Shown: in pieces, positions 13,167 through 27,457 of the stretch
Layout of the letters: every line of letters begins with the position of its first letter
Numbering within the stretch: the stretch's first letter is position 1
Origin: Eledone cirrhosa
Lineage: Eukaryota
NCBI GenBank assembly: GCA_964016885.1
Contig: OZ024741.1
Coordinates: 84,382,001 to 84,446,000 of the forward strand
DNA: 64,000 nucleotides
Direction of reading: 5' to 3'
Made by a program: the position numbers and the translations under genes
Notes under the pieces: generated by a model
What the model saw: the letters and a program-made list of their open reading frames with translations, nothing else
The model's database searches: none
Told to the model about the DNA's origin: nothing

Positions 13167-13780
13167 TGGTGGCTGCCAAATCGTTTTCGAGTACGGCCAC
13201 TACTTTATATCCATGTAGAACCCCACCCCTACCGAAATGCGCTGAACAAGTGTGACATTTTAGTCCAGCCAGCGACTTGAAAACTCTGGTACAAACACTA
13301 CACTTGTGACAATTATTGACACATAGTGCTGGGCCCATGGTACCATGTGACGACAAGTGCAGAGAGATCTCCAGATATAAAGCAATGCCTGTGCCGTGAA
13401 GCTTTTATAGTGAGCAGAGGCACTGCACAAAGCCAGTCCCACTCTCTTAACCAAGATGATATTTACCAAAAAGAAGAACAAGTCAACATCATTGGATACC
13501 ATCAGGGTTGCAGGTGTTATATCAGAGTTTTCCTTCTCCTAGAATTCTGCCTTGACAAAGGCTAAGGGGTCATCTCTCCCGGTGATTTTGGATGGCCATT
13601 GACTCTTAAGAGCTCCTTTGCCCTTTGACAGGTTTTGTTTTTAGTCCTGCAGGATGTCCAAAGTCACCCTCCTCACCAAGAAACCTTGGTGGGGTTGCCA
13701 GTTTAGTCGCCAACGACCAGACCATGAGACAGGTTGTACTGGGATACATGTTACCAGTAGCACCAACTGGTGACCTGACA
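13167..13780 (-). mobile_element. Internally deleted RTE-clade LINE derivative (5' UTR-like end plus 3' zinc-finger end)
   Basis: Minus-strand CSVCTRVFKSLAGLKCH resembles the RTE C-terminal CxxCxRxFxSxxGLxxH; 13520-13780 contains ctaggagaaggaaaactctg, typical of RTE 5' regions; flanked by (TA)n. Confidence 0.55.
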
Positions 13781-13837
13781 TATATATACAACCTAATAGA
13801 ATCCTATCTGGATTTTGGTCTTTGTATTTATTATTAC

Positions 13838-13919
<82 letters not shown>

Positions 13920-14324
13920 AAGGGGGAATAACAGACAACAAAAAGCAGAAAAACGCAGGAGTTACAAATATTATTAGTTTCACGCTTGGGTGTGTGGTTG
14001 CGACGTTTCGGGCATAAGATGTTGCTTGTACAGTTATTAGAATTTCGTTGTTGATTCGTAGAAATCTAATAATAAAGGAACACTAACATTTTGAATTAAT
14101 TTCAAATGCTGCACAGTGTGACATGTTTCCTTCATTGGTTCACTGTCATAGATTATTAAATACTGAGTGCCCCTTTTTTCGAAGTTTATGTACTAATATG
14201 AAAATAATTCTGAAAACATAATCAGCTTACTTTACAGTTGTGTTGAAAATAAATAAAAAGAAACATATGGTGAAGTTACAAGTTAAATAAACTTATCAAA
14301 TATTATTTCGTTCATTATTACCAT

Positions 14325-14602
14325 TTTCATCCTTACGGGTTCGATAAAATAATGTACCAGTAATGTACTGCGTAATTGCTGGCCTTGTGCCCAGAGAAGA
14401 AACAATTATTACCATTTTACGAAAGAGCGGTGGATTGGCAGTATTGGTAGAGTGTTGGAGCATAGAGTTATGGCCCTTTATGATCTGACTTCGAATCCCA
14501 TCGAGGTTAACTTTGCCTTTCATCCTTACGGGTCGATAAAATAAAGTACCAGTAATGCACTGATTAATTGCTGGCCTTGTGCCGAAAGTAGAAACAATTA
14601 TT
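14325..14602 (+). mobile_element. SINE family A: partial copy followed by a full copy
   Basis: Two successive catccttacggg.tcgataaaata..gtaccag blocks. Confidence 0.8.
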
Positions 14603-15495
14603 ACCATTTTAATACAATATACTCAAACATGACTCTGTAGTTAACGAGTTCGTTTTGCTTACATGAAGTTCTAGAAGGTATCTACTTCTATAACCTCTGT
14701 TTGACCTATATGATGTGCGTAGACTTTGGTGTATATATATATATATATATTTATGCATGCGTATGTTTTGTATATGTGAGTTTACGTTTGTGCCCCTCTA
14801 TTTATGTCACGCAATTCACTGTTTCTTAGAATATAGAAGAAATAAATTTATTGGGCTTGATGTGGCCGAGTAAATGACGGTGGTAACCAAGCCTGGCTGC
14901 AATCTAGTAATTGAAACCAGTACAGGGAATTCCTGTAAATTTAGAGTAAAATCGTCTATAAATGTTCACATAATATAGATATATTGATTCCTAATTTAGG
15001 CACAAATCGAGTAAATGGGAAGGAAGAGTAATACTGAAAATAATTCAACTAAAGTATATATTATTGATTCCGGAATGATGAAAGGCAAAATTGATCTCAG
15101 CAGGATTCGAATTCAAGTATTTATCAGTCAGTGCAAATAAGGCAATAACCTTTCATCCGAAGCTCTAACATTTCCGCCATTCAACCACCCTTGGTATCGA
15201 GACATTGCTATATAGTTTGCCTTGGAGACATTACAAATTAAGGCGATGAATTAGTAGAAAAGTTACAGCTATAGATATTTTATTTTCTTAATGATTCCGG
15301 CTATTCAATTGTATGAGAGATTAAGTTGGGCTTTAATTCTTTCGGGGGCGACAAATAAGATACTAGTCTAGTACTGGGGTCGATACTGCTCCTCGTCCAT
15401 ATCTGCCTCGACCTCTCTTGTTTCCTCTATGGTCCAAATCAGCTGCAGTTCAATTCGAAGGGAGATGTGCGAGGCACACACACATACATACATAA

Positions 15496-15553
<58 letters not shown>

Positions 15554-15765
15554 TGTCAAAGCTCTTTCGTCACGCATTCTGCGGACATTCACAACCAACC
15601 GGAAATTTATAATAAATTAAAGTGAAAACCAACCGGTGCGTGAGTTTTTATTGACAGCAGGACCCTCCCAAAGTATGACAATATCTGCTTCAACACACAT
15701 TTTCAGATAATAATAAATCTTGCAAAATAAATTCAACAACGAAGTATATATATATATATATATAT

Positions 15766-16223
15766 CACAGAAAAAAGAGAATCAGTGTTGCGACGAAAGG
15801 AATTTATTGGACATATTACAAATGTTTCTCGGGCGACCAGCTCGAGGCACGATCGATATGTTGATCATACCTGACTCTGAAATCTATCGTTCGTCTGATG
15901 GTCCTTTAAAATCGAATTCCTTCGTTTGTTGATTTAGATCCTGTTGTTGTCATTCCATGAGTGGTCAACATGTCAACAACAGGATCTAAATAAACAAACG
16001 AAGAAATTCGATGTTAAAGGACCATAGGAAAATCTGCTTCGTAGAATCGAGACGTATCCGACGAGCGAGAGATTTCAGAGTGATCAACATATCGATCAAC
16101 ATATCGATCAACATATCGAATGATCAACATATCGATCGTGCCTCGAGCTGGTCGCCCGAGAAACATTTGTAATATGTCCAATAAATACCTTTCGTCGCAA
16201 CACTGATTCTCTTATTTCTGTGA
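15766..16223. repeat. Foldback element with ~185-bp and ~250-bp inverted arms
   Basis: 15766-15949 is the reverse complement of 15974-16223, with indels and gatcaacatatc repeats in the right arm. Confidence 0.9.
16051..16178 (+). ncRNA. Type I hammerhead motif (CCGACGA core, U4C)
   Basis: GACGUAU-CCGACGA-GCGA...UCGCccga-GAAA-CAUUUG-UA-AUAUGUC; 7-bp stem I. Confidence 0.55.
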
Positions 16224-16421
16224 TACCATACTCCACGAGGGCATCGAGTGCTCATACGGCCTACCGCATACGGACGCTTTAAGCATCCAGAACCAATTAT
16301 ATATATTATATATATATATGAAATGAAACACAAATTTAAATAATTTTGAAAACCATACAATGCACTAGAAAATTAAAATTGCCAAGATAACAATAGAACT
16401 TTACCTTAGCAAATTTAATAA

Positions 16422-16461
16422 TCCCAAATATTTTCGGGTTTAAAAACCTATTATCAAGGGA
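16422..16461 (-). ncRNA. Minimal type I hammerhead motif (U3-A8 variant)
   Basis: Minus strand: UCCC-UUGAUAA-uaGGUUUuuAAACCc-GAAA-AUAU-UU-GGGA. Confidence 0.6.
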
Positions 16462-16689
16462 GTATCATTATAAGAGACTTAAAATATCGATCGGGTTGAC
16501 GTGTGAATCAAGACCGATCAATCCTTTAAGAACATAATCACTGCGTATTATGTATCCCAGTCGATTTGTACAGCCACTCTTTTGTCATATTTTAAATCGT
16601 AGTGGAGAAGAGAACCAGCGATAAGCCCAATGGAAACTTAATAGCAACAATGACACTGTTCCTAAAATATATTACGTGTAATAACAAAA

Positions 16690-16721
<32 letters not shown>

Positions 16722-18713
16722 GAATAAATAAATAGATAAATAAATTAGTGGTATTTCACAATATATCACTTATTTTGAATTATTTTCAGTTTTACAAATT
16801 GCAATAATGTTTAGTAAACTTTTTGTTTGATATATTTTTTTTCTTTTAAAAAATTGAGTGCGAATATGCTTGTGTTAGCTTGAGACATTTTAATGATAGG
16901 TTTTCGAATTAGAATTCTGGGGAGTTTTCGCTTAAAAAATATAATGAACAAATAAGAAAAACGCAATTAAAAAAATTGAAAATAATACACAAAAGCAGTC
17001 TAATTTTCTAGCAAGGTTATAATCAGCAATAAATTTGTTTCTAAAATAGATGTGCATGTTAAAGTATAATCATTGCGTTGTGTCAAATAGTTTGGTTTTA
17101 ATTCAATTCTAGATTCTTGTCACTATAGACAGAGAGAATTGTGTAAATTGATCGAGGGTAAAACGACAGAGGTAATAGAAATTAATAAATATCATTTAAT
17201 AAACACAATTAATAAGTATTGATTGATAAATATAGAGAGGAGACGCCAAATAGTATCATGATTATATGTAATTATGTGAACAACCCAGACACCTATTTGC
17301 AAACATACACTCCACATGGTGGTTGAGAAAAGTGATAGTTAGCCGACTAGCTATGTTGTTAAAGAGTTCGCTTCAGAACCTTATAGATGTGCGTTCCGTC
17401 CGATTGCACGTACAATTTGGCAAGTGGATTCTTTCATAGACACGACTTGTAGATGGAATTTGTTTGACGAAAAATAGTGTAATCCTGTCGAATATACACA
17501 CATACACACATATATATATATATGTGCGTGGTGTGTGTTCATGTATGTGTGTGTGTATGTGTATGTATATATGTACGTATGTGTGTATGTATGTTTGTAT
17601 GTATGTATGCATGTGCGTATGTGTGTGGATTTTGTCGACCACTAAAATACCTTAACTATTTAAACAATATGTATCTATACAACTGGCCAAATATTACCTC
17701 TGCCTTCCTAAATATTAGCTAACTAAGGAAACTTTCCATGGTTACATGTCATTCATCCATCGATATCCTTTGATTACTTCACTGTCCGTAAATGACTTCT
17801 GATTCCATACCGATTTGGGGACAAAACTGTTTGATAGACGTGCGTCTTATGTGTTCAGTGAACTCCTTTGGCACTCTGAGAAGGTTTTATGAAGATTGCG
17901 TTTATTTAGTTGATTTTGTATTTTATACATGGGTATACCATAGAGACCTATTCTCAGAGGGATTTCCCAGGAATTCATATCACATGGCTTCCAGTTTTGC
18001 CTTCAAGTTATCCTTGTACAAATAGTTGGTTGTATACATTGATAGAAATAGCAACAAATCACTATTATAACACAGCTAGCCTTCTTACATATGGAAGGAC
18101 CTGTCTGAAATAAAGCGGTATATCTGTGAATTGAATGACATTGATTAAATGTTTGCATAATCAGGGTAGAACTAATGCTAAAATTCAACAAACAAACACT
18201 AAAACAATCCTTATGAAGAACTATTAACATCAAGGAATAATTCTCAACCACAAATCCTAATGAACAAATGACTGTTTGATCATATCTAACCAGGGGCTAA
18301 GCAGCTATAACAACCGCAAAAATGCCTTAGTTAAATCAATTCGTTTTCTTTAATGATGAAAGAAGCTGAAGTCAACACAAATAAATATTGATATGAATAG
18401 AGATTAAGAAGTGTTTACATGGTTCTCTATTTGTTTAAAGATTGAAAGATTGCAAACGGCGTGATAATCAATCATGTTTCTAATTTAGTTGGAAAACAAA
18501 TGATAACAGATATCAATGAAATATGGAGCAGAAGTGATGGACGTTTCTATCAAATATGGCGCCTATTGTGATTTGATGAACTTTAGAACGCCTTTACTTT
18601 GGCTTGTGCTCCGATGATACGTCTTCGAATTGATTAACGCAATCAATAAATTAGGAAAACATGATTGATGTAACAAGAAGAGTAAATAATAGTTGAAGAG
18701 TAAATAATAGTTC

Positions 18714-18770
<57 letters not shown>

Positions 18771-19486
18771 ATATGTATATACATATGTAATGAATATATG
18801 TATATATATACCTATATACATTACATATGTATATGCAAATATATATACACACACACACATATATATATATATACATATATAAACATAGAAATACATATAT
18901 TATACATATACAAACACACCCTTAGTCTTACACACATAGTTAACGAAATGTTGTTTTTCTTTTGAGCCCTAGGCCAGTGTAAACCAAGCAAACCTCTGGT
19001 ACTTCATTCAAGTCATGATCTACGTGAATATTCCGGCACAATATGCATTATTACATTATTCAGTGTCATCTATGTCCTTTTTGAAGAGGATATGAATTTA
19101 TTTCAAAGTAGTTTATTTGATAATTCTAGCAAGTCCAAAATAATTAGATAGACTCTCTCATACTAAAGTGGAATATTAAAATCTAATCTTAATGTTTGTT
19201 TCCATTAACTATTAACGTTTCCTCATTTTTAAATACAAGAAAGTTATTAACAAAGCTAAATGATAAACAATGTGGTTTCCGCCCCAGAGGCAACAGCCAA
19301 ACAAATATATACTCTGCGGGAGGTTTTTGAGAAATTGTTGGGGTATTCGAAGATGTGTAATCTTACTTTGTAGACACCGTAATATCACATGCCCGAGTAT
19401 TTGTGTTCGGATAAATGGTGCTAAATCAAAGCCATTCAAGATGAATGTCAGGCACCTCCGATAATGTTCGTTATTTTCCTGAGATG

Positions 19487-20335
19487 CGCAGCAGGGTTGG
19501 AAGTGGTATCACGACCGGCATGTGTAGGATCAGTTGGTTGAAATTTGCAGATGACATAGTATTACTTAACTCGTGATCTCCGATATGCCCTTGATAGGTT
19601 TGAATCCAATTGCAACATGGCTGGAATGAAAGCCAGTGCTGCGAAGACAGAGACACTCGCCCCCCCCCAAAGAAGCCTGCGCATTACAATCTACATGTGA
19701 TGGAAGTTCCACTGAATGTGGTGGAGAATTTAAAATATCTCGGGGCCGTGTTCACGAGTGGTGGAAGGCCGAAGTCTGAATTATCTGCAAGAATTACAAG
19801 AGATGGTGCATTAATGTGCCAGCATCACCATTTGGTAAACAGGTGAAGAGGGGTAGGTGTAAAAGCCAAACTCGCTATATTCAATTCGCTAATCGTGCCA
19901 ACCCTTACTTCTCGTGATGTATGTGACCGAACGAATACGATTGTGCATACAAGCGGCCGAAATGGGGTTCTTCCGAAGGCCCTCTGGAGTAACATTACTC
20001 GATAGAGTGCGTAGCTCGGAGATCAGAGAGTCACTCCAGGTAGAACCGCTTCTTCTCCGAATTGAGAGATCAATAGCTCCTATATTACTTGCATATCATG
20101 AGAATATTTTAGAAATAAATCGCTGATTTTAAGGGCAAAGCAGCCAACACGAGACCCAGAGATGACCCCGAGCTAGATGGTTGGATAAGATTCATGAGCT
20201 CGACTGGTCTTACTCGAGTATCAAGTCGGATCAACTGGAGACGGTTGCTTCTGACAAGATCTTCTGGAAAGGGTGTTTGAGACTCTGTCCACGATTCTCT
20301 GAGTAATAAGTGGACGATGAAGAAGGAGAAGAGAA
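19487..20335 (+). mobile_element. RTE-clade (Rex3/Expander-like) LINE 3' remnant, frameshifted
   Basis: KFADDIVLL at ~19541-19567, LKYLGAVFTSGG, IQAAEMGFFRRPSGVTLLDRVRSSEIRESLQVEPLLLRIERS, and a GAA-rich tail. Confidence 0.85.
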
Positions 20336-20742
20336 AAATACTAATCTATAATTTGGTTATATCGTAAATTAAGAGCAGAAAATGTCTGACACATGTCATG
20401 AGTTTTCATCTAGGATGTCCCACTCCAAGGCTGAAGCCCAGGTAAGGAGCATGGTTCTCTCCATGCAATCGATGTTGTCCAACTGAAAAGCAAACGAGAA
20501 CTGAAACGGCTGTTATTATCTGCAGTTACAACTTGTAACAGAAAGCTTGGCTCTTTCAGTGACTCCAAGCAGATTTTGAACTCAGAATGTAGGGAGCAAG
20601 AACAGACACTGCAAATGATTCTACCCGACGCTAGAACAATTCTACTCATTCACCTCACTCGACTGGTATTCAAGTTGAATTCGGCGAGATGTGAACTCAA
20701 AGCAATTCACCTGCATTATTTATTATAGACTATGGGTGGATG

Positions 20743-20895
20743 GGCGGTGGATTGGCAGTATCGGTAGATGGTCGGACGCCATGCTTTCCAGCATAGTTAT
20801 GTCCCTTTACGATCTGAGTTCAAATCCCGCAGAGGTTGACTTTGCCGTTCATCCTTACGGGGTCGATAAAATAAAGTACCAGTAATTGCTGGCCT
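20743..20895 (+). mobile_element. SINE family A
   Basis: Homologous to 8698-8888. Confidence 0.85.
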
Positions 20896-20899
20896 AGTA

Positions 20900-22120
20900 T
20901 GTTGAGACTCTGATCTTGTTTGGTTACTACTTATTCCATCTGTTTGATGTTATCTTCATACTTGTCCTCGTGACTAGAGACCTTTGGTGACCCGTATGTG
21001 ATACATATTACCTTCTTGAATTGTTTTGCGTGGACTATTAGAGTTTGAATGTGACAACAGGACTAATTGTAGGACTCCTTCACGGATGTACAAAGCATTT
21101 CCACCATGAATTCTGTTCCTCCTGTCCGAACAAAATACAATGTAATCTGTTATGTGCATCTTCTAATCCAGCCGTTGCGTCGTTTCAGTTAGTGCCATGT
21201 ATATTGTTTGTTTCTCGTTAAGTCTCTCAGTTAGCAGAATTTACTCATGTTGAACGTTTTACTAGGCCTCTGAAATTTAGCCGTAGCACATTTGGGGTGG
21301 CAGCAGTGGTGTCAACAGTTGCCAATGATATAACATTTTGCTGAGTGTCAATGTGGTTAACTTTGCTCCTTTGTTTGTGGCTGTCTTCAATATTGGTGTG
21401 AATGCCTTTAACTCTGTATCATGTGTGGCTAGCTCAATTATCTTACAAACTTTTCTGCCATGTCAAAAAAGATTGTTGCTTCGCTGCTATAATCTGTATT
21501 GTATCTGCATAATGTTTCCCGGAGAATTACAATCAAGATCAGTATATTCCCTGGGCAGTAATCCTATGTAATGTGTTGGTTGTCTGTGCTACTTTCGGCT
21601 GGATTATTTGTGATGAGTATATTGGATGGAGCTCATGTGATATCTGGGGTGAGTGAGTCTGCAGTCTGTCCCAGCTTTTCCACGCCAGCAGGATCCCTTC
21701 TTAAAAAACTTACAGAGTACTTGGGCATTGTGAAGACGCATGGTTTAGTAGTTACACCATTGTGATTGAAGCCGGGGGTTGCGAGTTCGATTTTCAGACA
21801 TGGTGCAAGACATTTTATTTCGCATTGCTCCAGTTTACTCAGTTGTGGCGCCAATCTGTATCAGCCAGAGACTTTCACTTGGACAACATTAGTGGCGTGG
21901 AGAGGGCAGACTAGTATGCATGTGCGACTACTGTTCTTCCTAAAACAAGCTTCCCCAAACTTGTGCTGCGGAGGGGAACTTTCTAGCTGCAAATCCCTTG
22001 GTCATTTGTGACCGAAGCACCTCTTTAAAAGTTTAAAGCTTTTTTTATTCTCACTCTCTATTTTTCCTAGTACTGTTCTTCTGTGTTTTAACATTTATCC
22101 ACTGGTAGCTTCCTTCCTGT
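20900..22120 (-). mobile_element. Degraded 5' part of an APE-type LINE (CR1/L2-like), interrupted by a SINE fragment at ~21770-21850
   Basis: Minus-strand ITDYIVFCSDRRNRIHGGNALYIRE resembles the APE motif FRxDRxxRxGGGVALYI; upstream MALTET resembles APE motif II. Confidence 0.5.
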
Positions 22121-22221
22121 TTATTTACTTATTTCTAATTGGCGTTCGACAGGCTGCTCCTTAATTTACTGCAGTTATTCCGTTTTCCAGTTTCGTTTTT
22201 TTTTATATGCATTGCTTATCT

Positions 22222-22408
22222 AATTGTTTCTACTTTTGGCACAAGGCCAGCAATTATCCCAATGCATTATGGTACTTTATTTTATCGACCCTGTGACGAT
22301 GAAAGGCAAAGTTAACCTCGGCGGGATTTGAACTCAGAATGGAATCCCGCCGAGGTTAACTTTGCCTTTCGGCGGAATTTCATTGTGAGTTCAAATCCCG
22401 CCGAGGTT
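22222..22408 (-). mobile_element. SINE family A with local inverted duplications of its 5' part
   Basis: aaggcaaagttaacctcggcgggatt followed by aatcccgccgaggttaactttgcctt and a further gagttcaaatcccgccgagg. Confidence 0.8.
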
Positions 22409-22638
22409 ATATATTGTGACCAATTTTGCCGGGATTCGTCTGTGTATATATCTTATTTACTGCGAAATAATGAGAGGGAAACAAGGAGAGAGTGTGAGAA
22501 GGAAGAGAACCAGAGAGCAGGATGGAGAGGAATGTAGCTAGAAGGGAAGATAACGGAGGAAACGCCTGAAGGTAAACACAGGGAAGAAAAAGAAATAGAG
22601 TGAGATGGAAGGAAGATGCAATTTTCTCTAAGCACGCA

Positions 22639-22700
<62 letters not shown>

Positions 22701-22723
22701 TGTAATAAACAACATAAGATAAT

Positions 22724-22790
22724 AATTTCATTTACCAGTGGTTTCTTGAAGGCAGATGTTATTTCTGTATTCAGTCGTCAGAATGAATAA
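22724..22790 (-). ncRNA. Type I hammerhead motif
   Basis: Minus strand: UUAUUCAUU-CUGACGA-cUGAAuaCAGA...UCUGccUUCAa-GAAA-CCACUGG-UA-AAUGAAAU. Confidence 0.65.
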
Positions 22791-23196
22791 GTAACATGGT
22801 ATTTTTTATTAAATATGGATTTGAAAACAAAACGAAATATGAAAGTGAAGCTGAAAAAACGGGCAAAAAATAAATTATGGGGGAAAAATATATAAATAAA
22901 TATCCAGAACATAAACATACACACACTCAACCACGCGCATATACGTAATAGTACGTAGACGTATACGTTCTCACATAAGCGTATTTGCGTCTGCATGGAA
23001 ATACGAACAGCCACATAAATACATACACATACATATACACAAATATATAAGCCCTCATATATGTACACACAAATACACGCATATAAAGAAAGAGGGTATA
23101 TATACAAATACAAAAACACAAAAACAAAAGGCTCTATACATACGCGCACGTGTATATACACATCCACAAATATACATATATATGTATATATATATA

Positions 23197-23266
<70 letters not shown>

Positions 23267-23668
23267 ACTGTTTCTATTTTAGGCACAAGGCCACAATAAC
23301 CCAGTACATTACTGGTACTTTATTTTATCGACCCCGTAAGGATGAAAGGCAAAGTTGACCTCGGCAGGATTTATATATATAACGAAGGAAATGTAGTCTA
23401 GATTTAGCCGTCGATACGGCTTGAGCTCTGCCGTCGGGGTCATACTTGTTCCTATATATATATATATATATAATATATTTATGTATATATATATACACAT
23501 TCACAAATATATATATATGTCCTCCCCTTTTTCATCCTTTCCACCCCCCCCCCTCTCTAAATAAAATATTTTTCCAATATCACACATCAATCTAAAACCA
23601 GTTTTCATATGTTGATTTAAAACTGCACTATCCACAAGTGTTTTTTAGCCTTCATATCATGTTCTCCT

Positions 23669-23737
23669 GTTTTATCTGATGAAAACACAAATATTATTGC
23701 ATGATGATGTTTGTTTTTGAAATGCGCATAATAAAAT
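23669..23737 (+). ncRNA. Type I hammerhead motif
   Basis: GUUUUAU-CUGAUGA-AAAcACAAAUAUUAUU...GAUGAUGUUUGUUUUU-GAAA-UGCGCA-UA-AUAAAAU; palindromic stem III AUGCGCAU. Confidence 0.75.
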
Positions 23738-23785
23738 ACATGGAACTCCTTTAACCATCTTTTGATCTTATATTATATGTATATA

Positions 23786-23857
<72 letters not shown>

Positions 23858-23945
23858 GAGGTTGATTTCTACCAAATCAACCTCCCAAATGCAAGGTGAT
23901 TGAAAGGTATGTCGTATCTATTTATTTATAAGACTGTTTATATTG

Positions 23946-24011
23946 TATTTTGTCTGAAGATGGCATAACATATTGTTAATATGATATCCCTGAAATATAT
24001 ATAACGAAATA
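23946..24011 (+). ncRNA. Type I hammerhead motif (same family as 12947-13012)
   Basis: UAUUUUGU-CUGAAGA-hairpin-GAAA-UAUAUA-UA-ACGAAAUA. Confidence 0.7.
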
Positions 24012-24220
24012 AATATGGTTTTATAAATATAGTTTCCATTTATTTAATATCATAAATATACTCCAAATACTTGTTGAGTGCTTTTATATCAGTTATAAAT
24101 ATTTACTCGTTGTTAACCCAACAATTTAAATATAACTTTCCATATATATATATATATATATATAAATTAATAAAAAGAATGATATAAAAAGAAAGAACAA
24201 GTTCTTTATATCAAAAAAAT

Positions 24221-24356
24221 TCATCATTTTACGATCGTTTCTAGGATGTATATGTGTGTTGATATGTATAACATATAGATCTATGTAAAAATATTACAAA
24301 TTATCAGAGGAAATATACATACCTTCACATATACATGCTGTCTTCAGAAATGATGA
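24221..24356 (-). ncRNA. Type I hammerhead motif in P1 pseudo-LTR (left arm)
   Basis: Reverse-complement copy of 27458-27593. Confidence 0.7.
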
Positions 24357-27300
24357 GATTTGTTTATTGAAAAAAAAAAAAAAAGATTTAATATAAAAGG
24401 TGTGTTTGGGAACAGGTTTTGAATTGATCAATAAAAAGTAGTTAGAGGTGAAGTTGATAGAATAGTGGTAGTAGAAATTTAATTTAGAGGTAGAGGAGTG
24501 CAGACTTATGTTTTAAATGAAAAGAATACTTTGGGGATGAAAAGAGGTCAAGCCAGTGAAGGGTACACGAACATTTGATGTTATTAAAGAATAATGTTAA
24601 AAACGAAGGAAAATAAAATTGTTATAGATCTAGATTCCTTGTGGTTTAAATAAGATTTGTATTTCTCACTAATACCCTTACTTAGGGTAAGGGTATTAGT
24701 GAGAAATACCAATCTTATTTAAACCACAAGGAATCTAGATCTATAACAAGAAATTAAATTAATTGATAGGTATACTTATAGAGATAAATTTATATTAATG
24801 CATATGAATGTGATAAATAAGAATTAGATGTTATTAAAGAGTGTTGTTAAAAACGAAGGAAAGTAAAATGTTGGGATAAGGATAGTAGTGAGAAATACCA
24901 ATCTTATATAAAATACAAGGAATAATTAAATTAATTTATAACAGGAAATTAAATTAATTTATAGGTATACTTTTAGGTATTAATTTTAGGAAAAGAGAGC
25001 TGTAAGAGGGAAATAAAATTATGAACTTCTCTGTAGTAAAGTACTAATTATAGGTTAACTAATTAAACAAATTAATTATAATAATATGTAAAATATAAGT
25101 GTAAGGTGTATATTAATTAGGTTTATAATATTTGAAGGTTCTTCTAATTCTATGATTGCAAGATATAATTAATTCCTGTCGCTTATTTTATAGGATATTC
25201 TTAGATTTCATTATTTCAAGAAGTTCCTGGGAGCATAACCTACACTCGTATCGGTTATTTTGATAAGGGGTGGCCCTTTTGAGCACCCTCCAGGTCAGGT
25301 TGTAATCGATATTCTTCTTTCTATAATTATTAATTGTTTCAGCCATGTTGTATTAGCTAATGCAGCTTTTTTAAAACTATGTTTGTGGGTATTAAATCTT
25401 ATTTTAAATTGGTTAGACGTAGCTGCTATATATGAATAAGTGGAGTCCTAGTGCTAATTTTACATTTATAGACTATGTTATTAATAAGACAATTTCCCTT
25501 TAATGGACAATTTCTTTTGATTCTGCAGTTACAACCATTTGTGAATATTATATCAGGAGAGTTAGTCAAATTTGGTGTGGAATTTACGCGATAAGTGAAG
25601 GAGATGGTGGTTTGTTGCGGTTTATTTTAGTATTATGGTTGGTTTGATGTATTGGTGGTACATTTGTGGGTTTTTTACATTTATATGCGTTGTACGCACT
25701 TATATTTTGTTTTATATATTTGGTAGTGGAGTAGGAAAATTTGACAGTTGATCTATTTATAATTTGATGGTATTTATGTTTGGCGGGAAGTTTTTCTCTA
25801 GGATAGTATACATTTTTTAGGGATATTATCCTTAATTTGTAGATTAAATGGAGCATTATACCAAGTAACCCATCTATTACGGTTTCGATATTGTTTTTTA
25901 TATTTATACGATGTATCAGGATGTTTACTAAGAGAGTTACTATTAGTGAATTTATTATATATAGGTTTACTTAGATTAACTGATTTAGGTGTTTTAGTCT
26001 GATTACTAGGAATTTTGTTCGTCATGTTGTTAACATATATTGGAGTATTAGGATGAATGGTTTTTTGAAAGTCATTATCTTTTATGTGAGAATAGGTAGA
26101 GAAATTAAGTTTTAGGTTGATATTTTTGGGTGTAGTATCTGTGGCATTTAGGTGTGGGTTTTTCATTTGGTGTTTGTTGGTAATATTGGGTTGTATGTTT
26201 GAAGTATTTTGGGTGCAAGACTAATTTGTTTTGTGGCCGCTTCTATAAAAGGGGGCGTTTTTTATCGAGTACATCCTGGTTAGATGAAAGGTTAGAGATT
26301 CTGAGTGAGATATTATATGCTAGGTTTTCAAGGATATATCTAGGGAAATTGGATTGTGAGTGTATGTAATGTAAGTTTTGGTTTGGTTATGGTAAGGTTG
26401 GTAGATACCCGTAGATAGGTCTAAAGTTATATCTAGGAAATTGACTATTTTACTGGTGTTTTGAAATGTAATAGTGAGATTGTAATAGTCGTATGGAAAG
26501 TTTTTTATTTTTTTCAATTTCTGATAGGCTAAGATTAGTGGCTGAAACAATTAATAATTATATAAAGAAGAATATCGATTACAACCTGACCTGGAGTGTA
26601 CTCAAAAGGGCCAACCTTATCAAAATAACAGATACGAGTGTAGGTTATGCTCCCAGGAACATTTTGAAATAATTAAATCTAAGGATATCCTATTAAATAA
26701 GCGACAGGAATTAATTATATCTTGCAATCATAGAATTAGAAGAACCTTCAAATATTATAAACCTAATTAATATACACCTTGCACTTATATTTTACATATT
26801 ATTATAATTAGTTTTTTTAATTAGTTAACCTATAATTAGTACTTTACTACAGAGAACTTCATAATATTATTTCCCTCTTACAGCTCTCTTTTCCTAAAAT
26901 TAATACGAACAAGTATACGTATAAATAAAATTTAATTTCCTGTTATGAATCTAGATTCCTTGTAGTCATATAAGATTGGTATACTACCCTTATCCCAAAG
27001 TTTTATTTTCCTTAGTTTTTAATAACATCTAATTCTTATTTATCACATTCATATGAATTAATATAAATTTATCCCTATAATTATACCTATCAATTAATTT
27101 AATTTCTTGTTATAGATCTAGATTCCTTGTGGTTTAAATAAGATTGGTATTTCGCACTAATACCCTTACCCTAAAATTTTATTTTCCTTCGGTTTTAACA
27201 TTATTCTTTAATAAAATCAAATGTTCGTGTACCCTTCACTGGCTTGACCTCTTTTCATCCCCAAAGTATTCTTTTCATTCAAAGAATTCTTTTCATTCAA

Positions 27301-27457
27301 AACATAAGTCTGCACTCATCTACCCCTAAATTAAATTTCTACTACCACTATTCTATCCACTTGACCTCTAACTACTGTTCTATTGGTCAATTCAAAACCT
27401 GTTCCCAAACACACCTTTTATATTAAATCTTTATTGGTTTTTTTCAATAAACAAATC

